DNA of 64,000 nt from Candidatus Sumerlaeia bacterium (GTDB lineage Bacteria > Sumerlaeota > Sumerlaeia > SLMS01 > JANRJK01): the NCBI GenBank assembly GCA_033764015.1, contig JANRJK010000053.1, forward strand, positions 44,491 to 108,490, written 5' to 3'. The notes beneath the pieces are model-generated. The model was given only the letters and a program-made list of their open reading frames with translations. It had not been told where the DNA came from and ran no database searches. The first letter of the stretch is position 1, and every line of letters begins with the position of its first letter. Position numbers and translations under genes: made by a program. Shown one piece after another: positions 1 to 9,646 of the stretch.

Positions 1-2
1 CG

Positions 3-701
3 CCGTCGGAAGTGAACACCGACATCCCGGTCGCGGTGGACGCGGTGATTTTCCGCGGCATGGCGCCGGACCGCGAGGAGCGCTACCAGAACGTCCGCGA
101 CTTCTGCGACGACCTGTTGAAGGCGCTGAAGGACACCTCGCAGAGCCTGGCCGCGATCCTGGACTACCGGCAGAAGGACCAGAAGTCCGCCCTGTACAGC
201 GGGGCCGACTTCTCCGCCGCGCGCAGCAGCAGCTCCGTGGTGCCGAAGGTGCCGGCCGCGGACCTCGCGAAGCGCACACCGGTCCCCGGGAAGGCGAAGG
301 CGCCCGCGCAGAAGAGCGAGCCCGAGGGCCGCAAACCCGCCCCCGCCGGCGAGCAGAAGCCGCAACCGAAGCCCGCCAGCGGCGCCCGCAAGATCGAACC
401 GAAGCCCGCGACCGGCAGCGAACTGCTCATCAAGCGGCTCCTCTGGATGGTGCTGCTGCTGATCGTGCTCTGCGTCGCGATCCTCGCGGTGCTGATGGCG
501 ATCAAGGCCGGCGACGCCCGCATCGATCCAGCGGAGCTCCGCCCCATCAGCCAGACCGATCCGAACATCTCGGGCGCGCCGGTCGCGACGCCGGCGCCGA
601 CTCCCATCCCCGCGGAGGAATCCCCCGCGCAGGACCCGCCGTGGGAAGGCGCGCCCCCTGCCGAGGACACGGCACCGCCCGCGGACGCCGCGCCCCAGTG
701 A
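3..701 (+). CDS. Ser/Thr protein kinase, C-terminal part (5'-truncated by window), with TM helix and Pro-rich tail
   Basis: Frame open from window start: PSEVNTDIPVAVDAVIFRGMAPDREERY resembles the last helices of a Hanks kinase C-lobe; followed by a Pro/Lys linker and hydrophobic LLWMVLLLIVLCVAILAVLMAI. Confidence 0.7.
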   Translation, partial: PSEVNTDIPVAVDAVIFRGMAPDREERYQNVRDFCDDLLKALKDTSQSLAAILDYRQKDQKSALYSGADFSAARSSSSVVPKVPAADLAKRTPVPGKAKAPAQKSEPEGRKPAPAGEQKPQPKPASGARKIEPKPATGSELLIKRLLWMVLLLIVLCVAILAVLMAIKAGDARIDPAELRPISQTDPNISGAPVATPAPTPIPAEESPAQDPPWEGAPPAEDTAPPADAAPQ

Positions 702-1159
702 GCCGCGCCGCCGCGCTGCTGCTGCTCCTCGCCGCGTTCGCCGCCGCCGGTTGCGGACGCAAGCGCGAGCCGAGCCCCCTCGCCGAGACCACCAGCCTGC
801 GCGTCGACAACCCCATCGGCGACTTCAAGCGCCCGGTCGTGGTCGAGGACGGGGTCGGCATCCGCGCGCTCGCGAATCCCGACGGCTCCGTCACGGTTTC
901 CGTCGAGAACCAGCGCGAGGAGCCGCTCGTGGTGTCGCACCGCTTCTTCGCGCTGGTGACCGGCCCGGAGCGCGGGCGCGACCTGGTGGCGCTGTCGCGG
1001 GGGACCGCGGACCTGGCGCTCTTCCCGGACGAGACGCTTCCCCCGCTGGGCCGGGGCGTGTACGCGTTCCGCCTCAACGATAGGAAGGCGCTCCCGGGGA
1101 TGCGCCTGGTGTACCGCGACCCGCTGGCGGGGCGGATGTTCTTCGTCGACCTCGAGTAG
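698..1159 (+). CDS. Hypothetical lipoprotein
   Basis: GTG at 698 overlaps the upstream TGA (GTGA); VSRAAALLLLLAAFAAAGC is a lipobox-type signal. Confidence 0.75.
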   Translation: MSRAAALLLLLAAFAAAGCGRKREPSPLAETTSLRVDNPIGDFKRPVVVEDGVGIRALANPDGSVTVSVENQREEPLVVSHRFFALVTGPERGRDLVALSRGTADLALFPDETLPPLGRGVYAFRLNDRKALPGMRLVYRDPLAGRMFFVDLE

Positions 1160-1174
1160 CGCCGGCGCGGCGCC

Positions 1175-1678
1175 CTAGCCCGCCCGGAAGAGCAGCGCGG
1201 TGGCCATGGCGGCGATGCCTTCGCCGCGGCCCAGGAAGCCCATGCGCTCGTTCGTCGTGGCCTTGATGTTCACCTGCGCGGGGGCGACGGCGAGGTCGGC
1301 GCTGAGGCGTTCGCACATGAGCGCCACATGGGGCGAGATGCGCGGCGCCTCCGCGATGACCGTGGCGTCCACGTTGCCGACGCGCCAGCCGAGCTTCTGG
1401 ACGTCGCCGACGACGATGCGCAGCAGCACGCGCGAGTCGGCGTCCTTCCAGCGCTGCTCCGTGTTGGGGAAGTGGCGTCCGATGTCGCCGAGGCCGGCGG
1501 CGCCGAGCACCGCGTCGGCGATGGCGTGGATGAGCACGTCGGCGTCGCTGTGGCCGAGGAGCCCCAGGTCGTGGGGGAGTTCGACGCCGCCGAGGACGAG
1601 CCTGCGGTGGCGGGCGAGCTGGTGCACGTCGTAGCCGAAGCCGACGGCGAAGGGGGGCGGCGCGGTGGCGTCAGCCAT
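1175..1678 (-). CDS. ispF: 2-C-methyl-D-erythritol 2,4-cyclodiphosphate synthase
   Basis: GFGYDVH, GHSDADVLIHA, GDIGRHFP and NIKATTNERMGFLGRGEG motifs. Confidence 0.97.
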   Translation of the reverse strand: MADATAPPPFAVGFGYDVHQLARHRRLVLGGVELPHDLGLLGHSDADVLIHAIADAVLGAAGLGDIGRHFPNTEQRWKDADSRVLLRIVVGDVQKLGWRVGNVDATVIAEAPRISPHVALMCERLSADLAVAPAQVNIKATTNERMGFLGRGEGIAAMATALLFRAG

Positions 1679-1753
1679 TCGGTGCTCCAAGTTGTGCGGG
1701 TTGGGTTGCGGGGGCCGCGCCGTCGGAGGGGCGGGTCGGCTCGGCGGGGCCGG

Positions 1754-3046
1754 TCAAATCTGCGTGGCCGAGTCGGTGATGGAGCGCAGCACGCGGATCC
1801 AGTCCTCCGCGCGCTTCGGGCGGTTGTCCGGGTGCGGATCGAGCGCGGCGCGGAGCAGGCCCGTCAGCTCCGGATGCAGGTCCGAGCGGTACTGCTCGAT
1901 GGGGCGCATCTTGCCTTCGCGCATGTTCTTGATCAGCTCGAGGCTGTCGTTGCCCTTGTAGGGGAAGTGCCCGCGCGAGAGCAGCAGGAAGGAGGTGACC
2001 GCGAACGCCCAGAGGTCGGCGCTCGGGTCGATGACGTTGTCCTCCATCGCTTCGATGGAGAGGAATTTGTGGCTGCCGACGCGGACGCTGGTGGCGGTGA
2101 GGCGCTCGCCGCCGGTCTGGATGCCGGCGATGCCGAAGTCCACGAGGTACGCCTCGTCCGAGGAGTCCTCGATGAGGATGTTGTTCGGCTTGATGTCGCG
2201 GTGGACGATGCCCTTGCAGTGCGAGCCGTCCTCCTCGGTCCACTCGAAGTTGTGGGCGGCGGCGATGCCTTCGGCGATGCCGAGCATGTAGCGCACGGCC
2301 TTGTTCTGCGGGATCACGTCGTACTTGAAGATCGTCTTGTCCAGCGATTCGCCCACGACGAAGTCCATGACGATGTAGAGGAAGTCGCGGTCCGGGTCGT
2401 CGCCCCAGTTGTGGACCTTGACGACGGAGGGGGCGCCGCTTTCGGCGAGCGCGTGCGTGAGGCGCGCCTCGCGGCGGAAGCGGCGGACGAGCGAGTCGCG
2501 GTCCTCTTCGCGGAGGTACTCGGGGTTGAGCAGCTCCGGGTGCATGATCTTGATCGCGTAGGTCTGCTCGCTGTCGCGCAGGTAGCCGCGCCAGATTTCG
2601 CCGAAGCCGCCGCTGCCGATGCGCTCGTAGCGCGAGAAGCGCGTCGAGAAGCCCTCGGAGAAGACGAGGGGGAAGAAGGGCGATTCGCGCACCGTGTAGC
2701 GGAGGTAGGTGCCCTCGGTGCCGGTGACGCGGGGGATCGGCCAGGTGACGACGATCGCGGGGCCGTTGCGGCCCAGCACGATCTGGTCGCCGCGCGAGAG
2801 CGTCACTTCGCCCTCGATGCGCCGTCCATTCATGAACGAACCCTGCGTGCTGCCGACGTCCTCGTAGGTGAAGTGCTCCTCGCCCTTGCAGCGCAGCAGG
2901 CCGTGGCGGCGGGAAACCTCGATATCGACGTAGGGGTCGAGCCGCACATCGTTCTGCGACGAGCGGCCGATCTTGATCTCATCCTGCTCGTAGAGCTCGG
3001 AGCGGGGCTTTCCGCTCCGGTCGAGGACAGTGACGCAGCAAATCAT
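1754..3046 (-). CDS. FHA-domain Ser/Thr protein kinase (cytoplasmic)
   Basis: N-terminal FHA (IGRS...VSRRHG...GSTQGSFMNG); kinase motifs GSGGFG, AIK, HRDIKPNN, DFG, DLWA. Confidence 0.92.
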   Translation of the reverse strand: MICCVTVLDRSGKPRSELYEQDEIKIGRSSQNDVRLDPYVDIEVSRRHGLLRCKGEEHFTYEDVGSTQGSFMNGRRIEGEVTLSRGDQIVLGRNGPAIVVTWPIPRVTGTEGTYLRYTVRESPFFPLVFSEGFSTRFSRYERIGSGGFGEIWRGYLRDSEQTYAIKIMHPELLNPEYLREEDRDSLVRRFRREARLTHALAESGAPSVVKVHNWGDDPDRDFLYIVMDFVVGESLDKTIFKYDVIPQNKAVRYMLGIAEGIAAAHNFEWTEEDGSHCKGIVHRDIKPNNILIEDSSDEAYLVDFGIAGIQTGGERLTATSVRVGSHKFLSIEAMEDNVIDPSADLWAFAVTSFLLLSRGHFPYKGNDSLELIKNMREGKMRPIEQYRSDLHPELTGLLRAALDPHPDNRPKRAEDWIRVLRSITDSATQI

Positions 3047-3344
3047 GCCTCTATCGGAGGGGGAACCGTGGGAAGGTCAATAGCATCCGGCGCGGGGCCG
3101 CGTGAAATGCGGTCGGGGCGGCCGGGCACGGAATCCGGTTGCCAAAGGCGGGCCGACCGGGCTGGCTAGAGCCACAGGCGGTGACGCTGCGTGCTGCTTG
3201 GGCGGCAGCACCGGCGCTTGCGCCTGTCTCCGCGCGTGCATCGCAGGCAACGCCAACCCCGGGGGAGCCGGATCCGCCTCCCCATCCGGCGGTGCGTTTC
3301 CCGCGGCGCGTCAATTTTTCCGTATCCCAGAAGGAGCGCCTCCG

Positions 3345-4085
3345 ATGAACCCGGAAGTGACCGTCCTGCTCGATCTGCAGGAAATCGACCGCGAGCTGTT
3401 GAAGCTCAAAGAGGAGCTGGGCCGCTACCCCGGCATCTGGGAGAAGACGAAGGCCCGCGTGACCGACGCCCGCCAGCGCGCCAAGTCGCTCGCGGACGAA
3501 ATCGCCGAGCACGGCCACGACAAGCGCGACCTGTCGCGTTCGCTGCAGGAGACCGGCGAGCTGCTCCGCCGCTACCAGCTCCAGCAGCCGATGGTGAAGA
3601 CGCAGAAGGAATACTACGCCCTCACGCAGCAGATTGAAGGAACCCGCGAGCGGCTCAGTAACATTGAGGAGCAGGCGCGCCGCGAGCTGGAACGGGGTCC
3701 CGAACTCCAGCAGCAGCTCGAAGCCGCCGAGAAGGAGGCGAAGGCCGCGGAGGAGTTCGCGAAGGGCGAGAAGGAGCGGATCCGCGTGCAGATGGCGGAG
3801 AAGCGCGAGGCGGTCGCGAAGCTGGAGACGGCGCGCGCGGCGGTCGTGGCGAAGGTGGCTCCGGCGCGGCTCGGCCAGTACGAGCGCGTCGCCAAGCGGC
3901 ATCCCGGCTCGGCCATCGTGCCGGTCCGCCAGGGCGGCTGCACCGGCTGCAACTTCCAGCTCCTCTCGAAGGCCCTCGTCGAACTCCACCGAGCCCAGAA
4001 GGTCGCCTTCTGCGACCATTGCGGAAGGATCCTGAGCCATGACGAAAGCTACCAGCAGGCGGACCCCCAGTCGGCGGCGGGCTGA
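3345..4085 (+). CDS. Coiled-coil protein with C4-type zinc ribbon (DUF164/CT398-like)
   Basis: LLDLQEID start, long coiled coil, CTGC...CDHCGRIL; AAGGAG upstream of ATG 3345. Confidence 0.9.
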   Translation: MNPEVTVLLDLQEIDRELLKLKEELGRYPGIWEKTKARVTDARQRAKSLADEIAEHGHDKRDLSRSLQETGELLRRYQLQQPMVKTQKEYYALTQQIEGTRERLSNIEEQARRELERGPELQQQLEAAEKEAKAAEEFAKGEKERIRVQMAEKREAVAKLETARAAVVAKVAPARLGQYERVAKRHPGSAIVPVRQGGCTGCNFQLLSKALVELHRAQKVAFCDHCGRILSHDESYQQADPQSAAG

Positions 4086-4092
4086 CCCGGCC

Positions 4093-5289
4093 GTGCGCCG
4101 CTTCGCCGCCGCCGCGGCCCTTGCCGCGCTGGCCCTCGCGCAGGGCTGCGCCAAGCTGTCCGTGCGCTCCGAGCCCGCCGGCGCCCAGCTACTCTGGTCG
4201 CCCAACGGCCTCGAACCGTTCCGCCCCTGGCCCCCCACCGGCGACGGGCGCGAGGGCAACACCGCGACGCCGCACAGCGAGTTCACCACGACCCGGGACG
4301 TCTTCTTCATGACCGTGGAGAAGGAGGGCTACCGCCGCCCGCTGGCGAAGCTGGTCCAGCTCGCGCCGCTGCGCACCGCCCGCCTTTCCTTCGACCTCGA
4401 AAAGCTGCCCGAGTACGAGGGCGGCCTGCCCGTGCGCGACGGCCTCGTGCTGTACCAGGGGGAATGGGTCGATCCCGCCGCCGCGGGGCTCGCCGTCCAC
4501 GAGGGGCGCCTGCTCGGCATCGAACAGGTCCGCGCCAAGGAGCGGCTCGCGCAGGGCCTGGTCGAGTTCGAGGGCCGCGATGTGGCGCCGGCGGAGCGCG
4601 ACCGCCTTTGGGCGGAGCGCCAGCGCGCCGAGGGCCGCACGCTCTTCAAGGAGCGCTGGCTCCTGCCGGAGGAGATCGCCGCGGAAGAGGCGGTCGACCG
4701 CGCCGCGGCGGAGATCAACACGCTCGACGGCCTGGCGGACCTGGACGCGCCGCGCGTGCTGGGCCGCGTCGAATCCGCCTTCGCCCAGTTGCAGCTTTTC
4801 AACAACACCGCGCTGCCGGTGCGCGTGCTGCTCTCCGGCCCGAGCAGCCGGGAGCTGCGCCTGGAGCCGTTCGGCTCCTTCGGCGGGGGTCCCGGCGAGG
4901 CGCTCTACGTCGTCGCGGGGCGGTACCAGGTGGTCTACCTGCCGCTGGAGAACGACGGCCTGCCGGCGGCGCCGGAGTCCTCGGCAACGCGCAGCGCGGC
5001 CGGCGCCGAGGGGCGCACCGCCGGCGCGCGCACCGCCATCACCAGCCAGCCCCTCGCCTCGGGCTTCCGCTATTCGTTCAACTACAGCGGCGGCGACCGG
5101 CTGCGGCTGGAAGACCTGCGCCAGTACGAACCGCCGCAGGTTCAACTGCCGGTGGAACGGCAGGAGATCGAGGTGCCCGAAGCGCCCGCGGCGCCGGCGC
5201 CTCCCGCGGAAGCCCAGCGCGGCAACCCGTCCGGCGGCGGACGTCCGCCGGGGGGCCGGCCTCCCGGCGGCGGACGCCCGCGCCCGTAG
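4093..5289 (+). CDS. Lipoprotein with PEGA-like domain and GLVxxxGxW repeats
   Basis: Lipobox AQGC; SVRSEPAGA...VEKEGY is PEGA-like; four short repeats; GGRPP tail. Start chosen at GTG 4093. Confidence 0.7.
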   Translation: MRRFAAAAALAALALAQGCAKLSVRSEPAGAQLLWSPNGLEPFRPWPPTGDGREGNTATPHSEFTTTRDVFFMTVEKEGYRRPLAKLVQLAPLRTARLSFDLEKLPEYEGGLPVRDGLVLYQGEWVDPAAAGLAVHEGRLLGIEQVRAKERLAQGLVEFEGRDVAPAERDRLWAERQRAEGRTLFKERWLLPEEIAAEEAVDRAAAEINTLDGLADLDAPRVLGRVESAFAQLQLFNNTALPVRVLLSGPSSRELRLEPFGSFGGGPGEALYVVAGRYQVVYLPLENDGLPAAPESSATRSAAGAEGRTAGARTAITSQPLASGFRYSFNYSGGDRLRLEDLRQYEPPQVQLPVERQEIEVPEAPAAPAPPAEAQRGNPSGGGRPPGGRPPGGGRPRP

Positions 5290-5332
5290 CCGCGCAGACA
5301 GCACCAATCAACCCAACCGCAGGAGCCAACGC

Positions 5333-7315
5333 ATGGCCCGCACGCATCGCCGGATCCACGCCCTCGCCGCCTTCGGCGCGCTGGTCCTCCTTGGTGGCTG
5401 CGCCACCACCCCACGGCTCCCGAGCCCGGCGGACATCCCGGACGCCCCGGCGGAGCGCCGCGCCGCCGGCGAGCTGCGCCTCGAGGCGATCCCCGAGACG
5501 CCCCCGCAGATCGGACGCCGCCTCGCCGCCTACCAGTCGGTCCGGGGCACCAGCTTCGTCGATTGGAGCCCCTCCGGCTGGATGATGGTGCGCCACCTCA
5601 AGGGCAACACCACGCAGCTCTACCGGCTGAACCGCCCCGGCGGGTCGATCTCGCGCATCACGAACTTCGAGGAGCCGCTCGCCTCGGGCACCTTCCTCAA
5701 CAAGCGCGACGCCTTCCTCTACTCGATGGACGAGGGCGGCAACGAGCTGGACCAGATCCACCTTTGGGACATGCGCGACGGCTCGCGGACGCTGCTGACG
5801 GACGGCGTGTCGCGCCACTCCGGGTACGTGCTCGCGCCGAACGAGGACCGCATGGCCTTCAGCAACAACGCCCGCACCGGCAGCGACTTCGACGTGTACG
5901 TGCAGGACATCCGCCCGGGCGGCGCCGCGCAGCGCGTCACCGCCGCGCCCGGCTCCTGGTACCCGATGGACTTCAGCCCCGACGGCAAGCGCCTGCTCGT
6001 CCTCAAGTACACCTCCGTGACGGACAGCATGGCGTACGACGTCGACATCGCCACGGGCGTCTTCGAAGCACTCCGCCCCGGTGAAGCCGGCACCATGTCG
6101 ATCGGCGCCGCCGCCTACCTCCGCGACGGCTCCGGCGACATCGTGTACGTCAGCGACGAAGGCTCCGAGTTCCGCCGGCTCCGCATCAAGAGCGCCGACG
6201 GCACCGACCAAGTCCACAGCGCGGACATCGACTGGGACGTGGACGAGGTGCAGCTCAGCGACGACGGGCGCTGGATCGCCTTCGCCACCAACGAGGCGGG
6301 CGCGTCCAGAATGTACCTGCTCGACCTGGTGCAGAAGGAACGCCGCCAGATCGACATCGGCCTCGGCGTCCTCGTCAGCGGCGGCTTCTCGCCCGACTCG
6401 TCGACGATCGCCTACACGGTGAACGGGCCGACCTCGCCGAGCACCACCTTCGCCTACGAAATCGCGACCGGGACCACCACGCAGTGGACCACGCCCACCG
6501 CGAAGGGCCTCGATTTCGCCGAGCTCGTCGAGCCGGAAATGGTCGAGGTGTCCTCCTTCGACGGCCTGCCGATCAGCGCGATCTACTACAAGCCCGAGGG
6601 CCCCGGCCCGCACCCGGTCCTGATCAACTTCCACGGCGGCCCCGAGGCGCAGTCGCGCCCGTACTTCACCTCGTTCCACCAGTTCCTGGTCCGCGAGATG
6701 GGGATCGCGGTGCTCGATCCGAACGTGCGCGGCTCGACCGGCTACGGGAAGACGTTCACCACGCTGGACAACGGGCGTAAGCGCGAGGACTCGGTGAAGG
6801 ACGGCGGCGCGCTGCTGGACTGGATCGCCGCGCGGCCCGAGCTGGACGCCTCGCGAGTCGGCGTGATGGGGGGCAGCTACGGGGGCTACATGACGCTCGC
6901 GATGCTGACCAACTATCCCGGCCGCGTGCGCGCCGGCATCGACAGCGTCGGCATCAGCAACTTCGTCACGTTCCTCGAGAACACCGGCGACTTCCGCCGC
7001 GACCTGCGCCGCGTCGAGTACGGCGACGAACGCGATCCGGAGATGCGCGCCTTCCTCGAGAGCATCTCGCCGCTCACCAAGGCGGACCGCATCGACGCCG
7101 CGCTGCTGGTGATCCAGGGCTACAACGATCCGCGCGTCCCCTACACGGAGGCGGAGCAGATCGTCCAACGCGTCCGCGCCGGCGGCCAGCCCGTCTGGTA
7201 CCTGCTCGCGATGAACGAGGGGCACGGCTTCGCCAAGCGCGAGAACTTCGAGTTCGAGCAGGAAGTCCGCGCCATGTTCCTGCTGAAGTACCTGTCGCAC
7301 GCGCACGGCGAATGA
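5333..7315 (+). CDS. S9 family (prolyl oligopeptidase-like) peptidase, lipoprotein
   Basis: AGGAG before ATG 5333; lipobox LGGC; beta-propeller; HGGPE, GGSYGG nucleophile, NDPRVP and EGHGF. Confidence 0.93.
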   Translation: MARTHRRIHALAAFGALVLLGGCATTPRLPSPADIPDAPAERRAAGELRLEAIPETPPQIGRRLAAYQSVRGTSFVDWSPSGWMMVRHLKGNTTQLYRLNRPGGSISRITNFEEPLASGTFLNKRDAFLYSMDEGGNELDQIHLWDMRDGSRTLLTDGVSRHSGYVLAPNEDRMAFSNNARTGSDFDVYVQDIRPGGAAQRVTAAPGSWYPMDFSPDGKRLLVLKYTSVTDSMAYDVDIATGVFEALRPGEAGTMSIGAAAYLRDGSGDIVYVSDEGSEFRRLRIKSADGTDQVHSADIDWDVDEVQLSDDGRWIAFATNEAGASRMYLLDLVQKERRQIDIGLGVLVSGGFSPDSSTIAYTVNGPTSPSTTFAYEIATGTTTQWTTPTAKGLDFAELVEPEMVEVSSFDGLPISAIYYKPEGPGPHPVLINFHGGPEAQSRPYFTSFHQFLVREMGIAVLDPNVRGSTGYGKTFTTLDNGRKREDSVKDGGALLDWIAARPELDASRVGVMGGSYGGYMTLAMLTNYPGRVRAGIDSVGISNFVTFLENTGDFRRDLRRVEYGDERDPEMRAFLESISPLTKADRIDAALLVIQGYNDPRVPYTEAEQIVQRVRAGGQPVWYLLAMNEGHGFAKRENFEFEQEVRAMFLLKYLSHAHGE

Positions 7316-8181
7316 CCGCCGCGCGCCCGCGCGCCTGGGTGCGGGTGGTCCGGGTGCTCGCCGCCATCGCGGTCGGCTTCACGCTCGTTTTCTCGGCGGC
7401 GCTGCTCCTCCTGCAGCGCCGCCTGATCTACTTCCCGCAGCCCTATCCGGTGCAGCGCGTCGAGGACCTGCTCCCCGCCGGGGGACGGGCGCTCGAGTAC
7501 CAGCTCCGCGGCGCCCGCCAGTTCGCGTACTGGGTCCCCGGCCCCGCCGCCACGGACGAGTCGCCGATCGTCGCGGTCTTCAGCGGCAACGCCTCGCTGG
7601 CGGCGCTCGGCTGGAGCGATTGGATCGACGAAGCCCGCGAGGCGGATCCGTCGCTATCCTTCCTGCTGGTCGAGTACCCGGGCTACGGGCGCAGCGGCCT
7701 CGAGCCCACGCGGGCGAACATCATCGCGGCCACCATGGGCGCCTGGGACCGGCTGGCGGAGGAACTCGGCCTGGAACGGCCCGCGCTCGACGCCCGCGCC
7801 GCCGCCATGGGGCACTCCCTCGGCGCCGCCGCCGCGATGGAGTTCGCCACCCGCGTCCGCCCGCGTCGCATCGTCCTGTTCGCCCCGTTCGTGGACATCA
7901 AGCGGATCGCCCGCCGCACCGTGGGGCCGCTCTTCCAACACTTGCTCCTCGACCGCTTCGACAACGCGGCGCGACTGCGCGAGTACCTCCCCGCGCAGCC
8001 GGAGGGTCGCGTCCTGGTCTTCCACGCGGAAGACGACAACATCCTCGAGGCGGGCTTCTCGCGCGAACTCCACGCGGCGCACCCGCAAGCCATCGAACTT
8101 GTCATCAGCCCCACCGGCGGACACGATGGGATCCTAGCGACGCATCGCGACCGCGCGGTGGAGTTTCTTGCGGGCGAGTGA
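7312..8181 (+). CDS. Alpha/beta hydrolase with N-terminal TM anchor
   Basis: LQRRLIYFP, EYPGYG, GHSLG nucleophile motif, HAEDD and GGH. Confidence 0.88.
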   Translation: MTAARPRAWVRVVRVLAAIAVGFTLVFSAALLLLQRRLIYFPQPYPVQRVEDLLPAGGRALEYQLRGARQFAYWVPGPAATDESPIVAVFSGNASLAALGWSDWIDEAREADPSLSFLLVEYPGYGRSGLEPTRANIIAATMGAWDRLAEELGLERPALDARAAAMGHSLGAAAAMEFATRVRPRRIVLFAPFVDIKRIARRTVGPLFQHLLLDRFDNAARLREYLPAQPEGRVLVFHAEDDNILEAGFSRELHAAHPQAIELVISPTGGHDGILATHRDRAVEFLAGE

Positions 8182-8187
8182 TGCCGC

Positions 8188-8925
8188 CTACTTCAGCTTC
8201 CAGACCCGCTCACCCTGCTTCGTTGCTTGGCCTTGTCGCTCCTTGAGCTTCGCTTCGACGATTTCGTCGAGTGGCGGGCGGTCATCATTCGACAGGCCTT
8301 TTCGCTTGGCGCTAGCGAACAGCTTGACGAGCAATATGGCCGCGGCGGCAAGGAGCACGAGCCCGCTCCAGCGGCCAAGCCACGCCACATCGAGCAGGCC
8401 GAGGAGCCCGGCGGACGCCGCCGCGCCCGTGCCGAAGAGCCGCGGCGTGTTGGGCCAGCTCGACCACGCGACCACCACCGCGGCGAGCGCCGCCTGGTGT
8501 GGCAACGCGCCCATCGGCGAGTACCAGACTGCGCTCCAGAGGGACGAGAATTCGAGCCGGTATCCGAAAACCGGGTACCAGAATGCCGCGACAAGGCCGA
8601 TCCAAGCGACCGCCCGTCGACCCGTCTCCTCGCCCGCGGGCAGCGGCGTCAGCTTCCCCTCCGGTTGGGCAACGACCCAGCCCGCCGCCCCGAGGAGGAC
8701 CAGCGACGGCAGTGCCGCCAGCCAGGTTTCGGTGCCGACGCAGAGCCGCACAGAGTTCAGCGCCAGCACCGCGAACACCAGCGGGGTGAGGCGCTTCGCG
8801 CGCGGATCCCGATCCAGCGCGGCCAGCAGGAGCGCCAGCGCGAGGCAGAGCTTCGACACGAGCCCGGTCAGGCCGTGCTGATCCCAAAGGAGCTGAAAGA
8901 GGAGGTTGATCCGCCCTGCGTCCAT
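8188..8925 (-). CDS. Hypothetical multi-pass membrane protein
   Basis: Several hydrophobic segments and a charged C-terminal tail; fills the gap between neighbouring genes. Confidence 0.65.
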   Translation of the reverse strand: MDAGRINLLFQLLWDQHGLTGLVSKLCLALALLLAALDRDPRAKRLTPLVFAVLALNSVRLCVGTETWLAALPSLVLLGAAGWVVAQPEGKLTPLPAGEETGRRAVAWIGLVAAFWYPVFGYRLEFSSLWSAVWYSPMGALPHQAALAAVVVAWSSWPNTPRLFGTGAAASAGLLGLLDVAWLGRWSGLVLLAAAAILLVKLFASAKRKGLSNDDRPPLDEIVEAKLKERQGQATKQGERVWKLK

Positions 8926-9016
8926 CGCCAAACCTCGTTCCGACCCAACCGCGGGTCGGTGGCTTGGTCTTATCTTTGCGCCCCGCAGTGTGTCCAGAGC
9001 GACTTGAATCCTGCCC

Positions 9017-9646
9017 GTGAGGCATCAGCCCGTGAAACTTCGGTATTTCTTCGCAGCCCTCCTGCTTACTACCACACCGGTGGCTTACGCCGGCGATGCC
9101 GACCCGCCCGCAGCAAGCGCGACAACGGAGCCCATCCAGATGCCCACAGAGTATCAAGTACCATCGCTTGACGAGAAGGGTTACGAGTCGCTGACGAAGA
9201 GCCACGGCTCGGACTTCCTTGTCGTGAACTATTGGGCGACTTGGTGCAGCCCGTGTGTCGAGGAGATTCCCTACTTCGTGAAGGTTGCCGCTGAGCAGAA
9301 GGCGGGACATGTCCAGTTCGTCGGCTTGTCGCTCGACTTCCCGAACCAGGTGGAATCGAAGGTCGTCCCCTTCCTCAAGAAGGAAGGTGTCAAGTATCCG
9401 AACTTCCTACTGGACGTTTATGATCAGGACGCTTTCATCGGCCAAGTGTCGGACGAATGGAACGGGGAGATCCCGGCCACGTTCATTTACGACCGGACGG
9501 GGAGGCTGGTCGCCAAGACGCTTCGCCCGGTTGACGAAGCCGAGTTGCGCGAGTTCGTCTCGAAGGCTACCAAGGCGTCGGACGGGAAGTCCGACGAGAC
9601 GGCCTCGGACGAGGTTGGCGCCGAGGGATCCGAACCCAAGCCCTAG
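9017..9646 (+). CDS. TlpA-like thiol-disulfide oxidoreductase, exported
   Basis: Signal peptide; VVNYWATWCSPC; GEIPATFIYDRTG. Confidence 0.92.
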   Translation: MRHQPVKLRYFFAALLLTTTPVAYAGDADPPAASATTEPIQMPTEYQVPSLDEKGYESLTKSHGSDFLVVNYWATWCSPCVEEIPYFVKVAAEQKAGHVQFVGLSLDFPNQVESKVVPFLKKEGVKYPNFLLDVYDQDAFIGQVSDEWNGEIPATFIYDRTGRLVAKTLRPVDEAELREFVSKATKASDGKSDETASDEVGAEGSEPKP

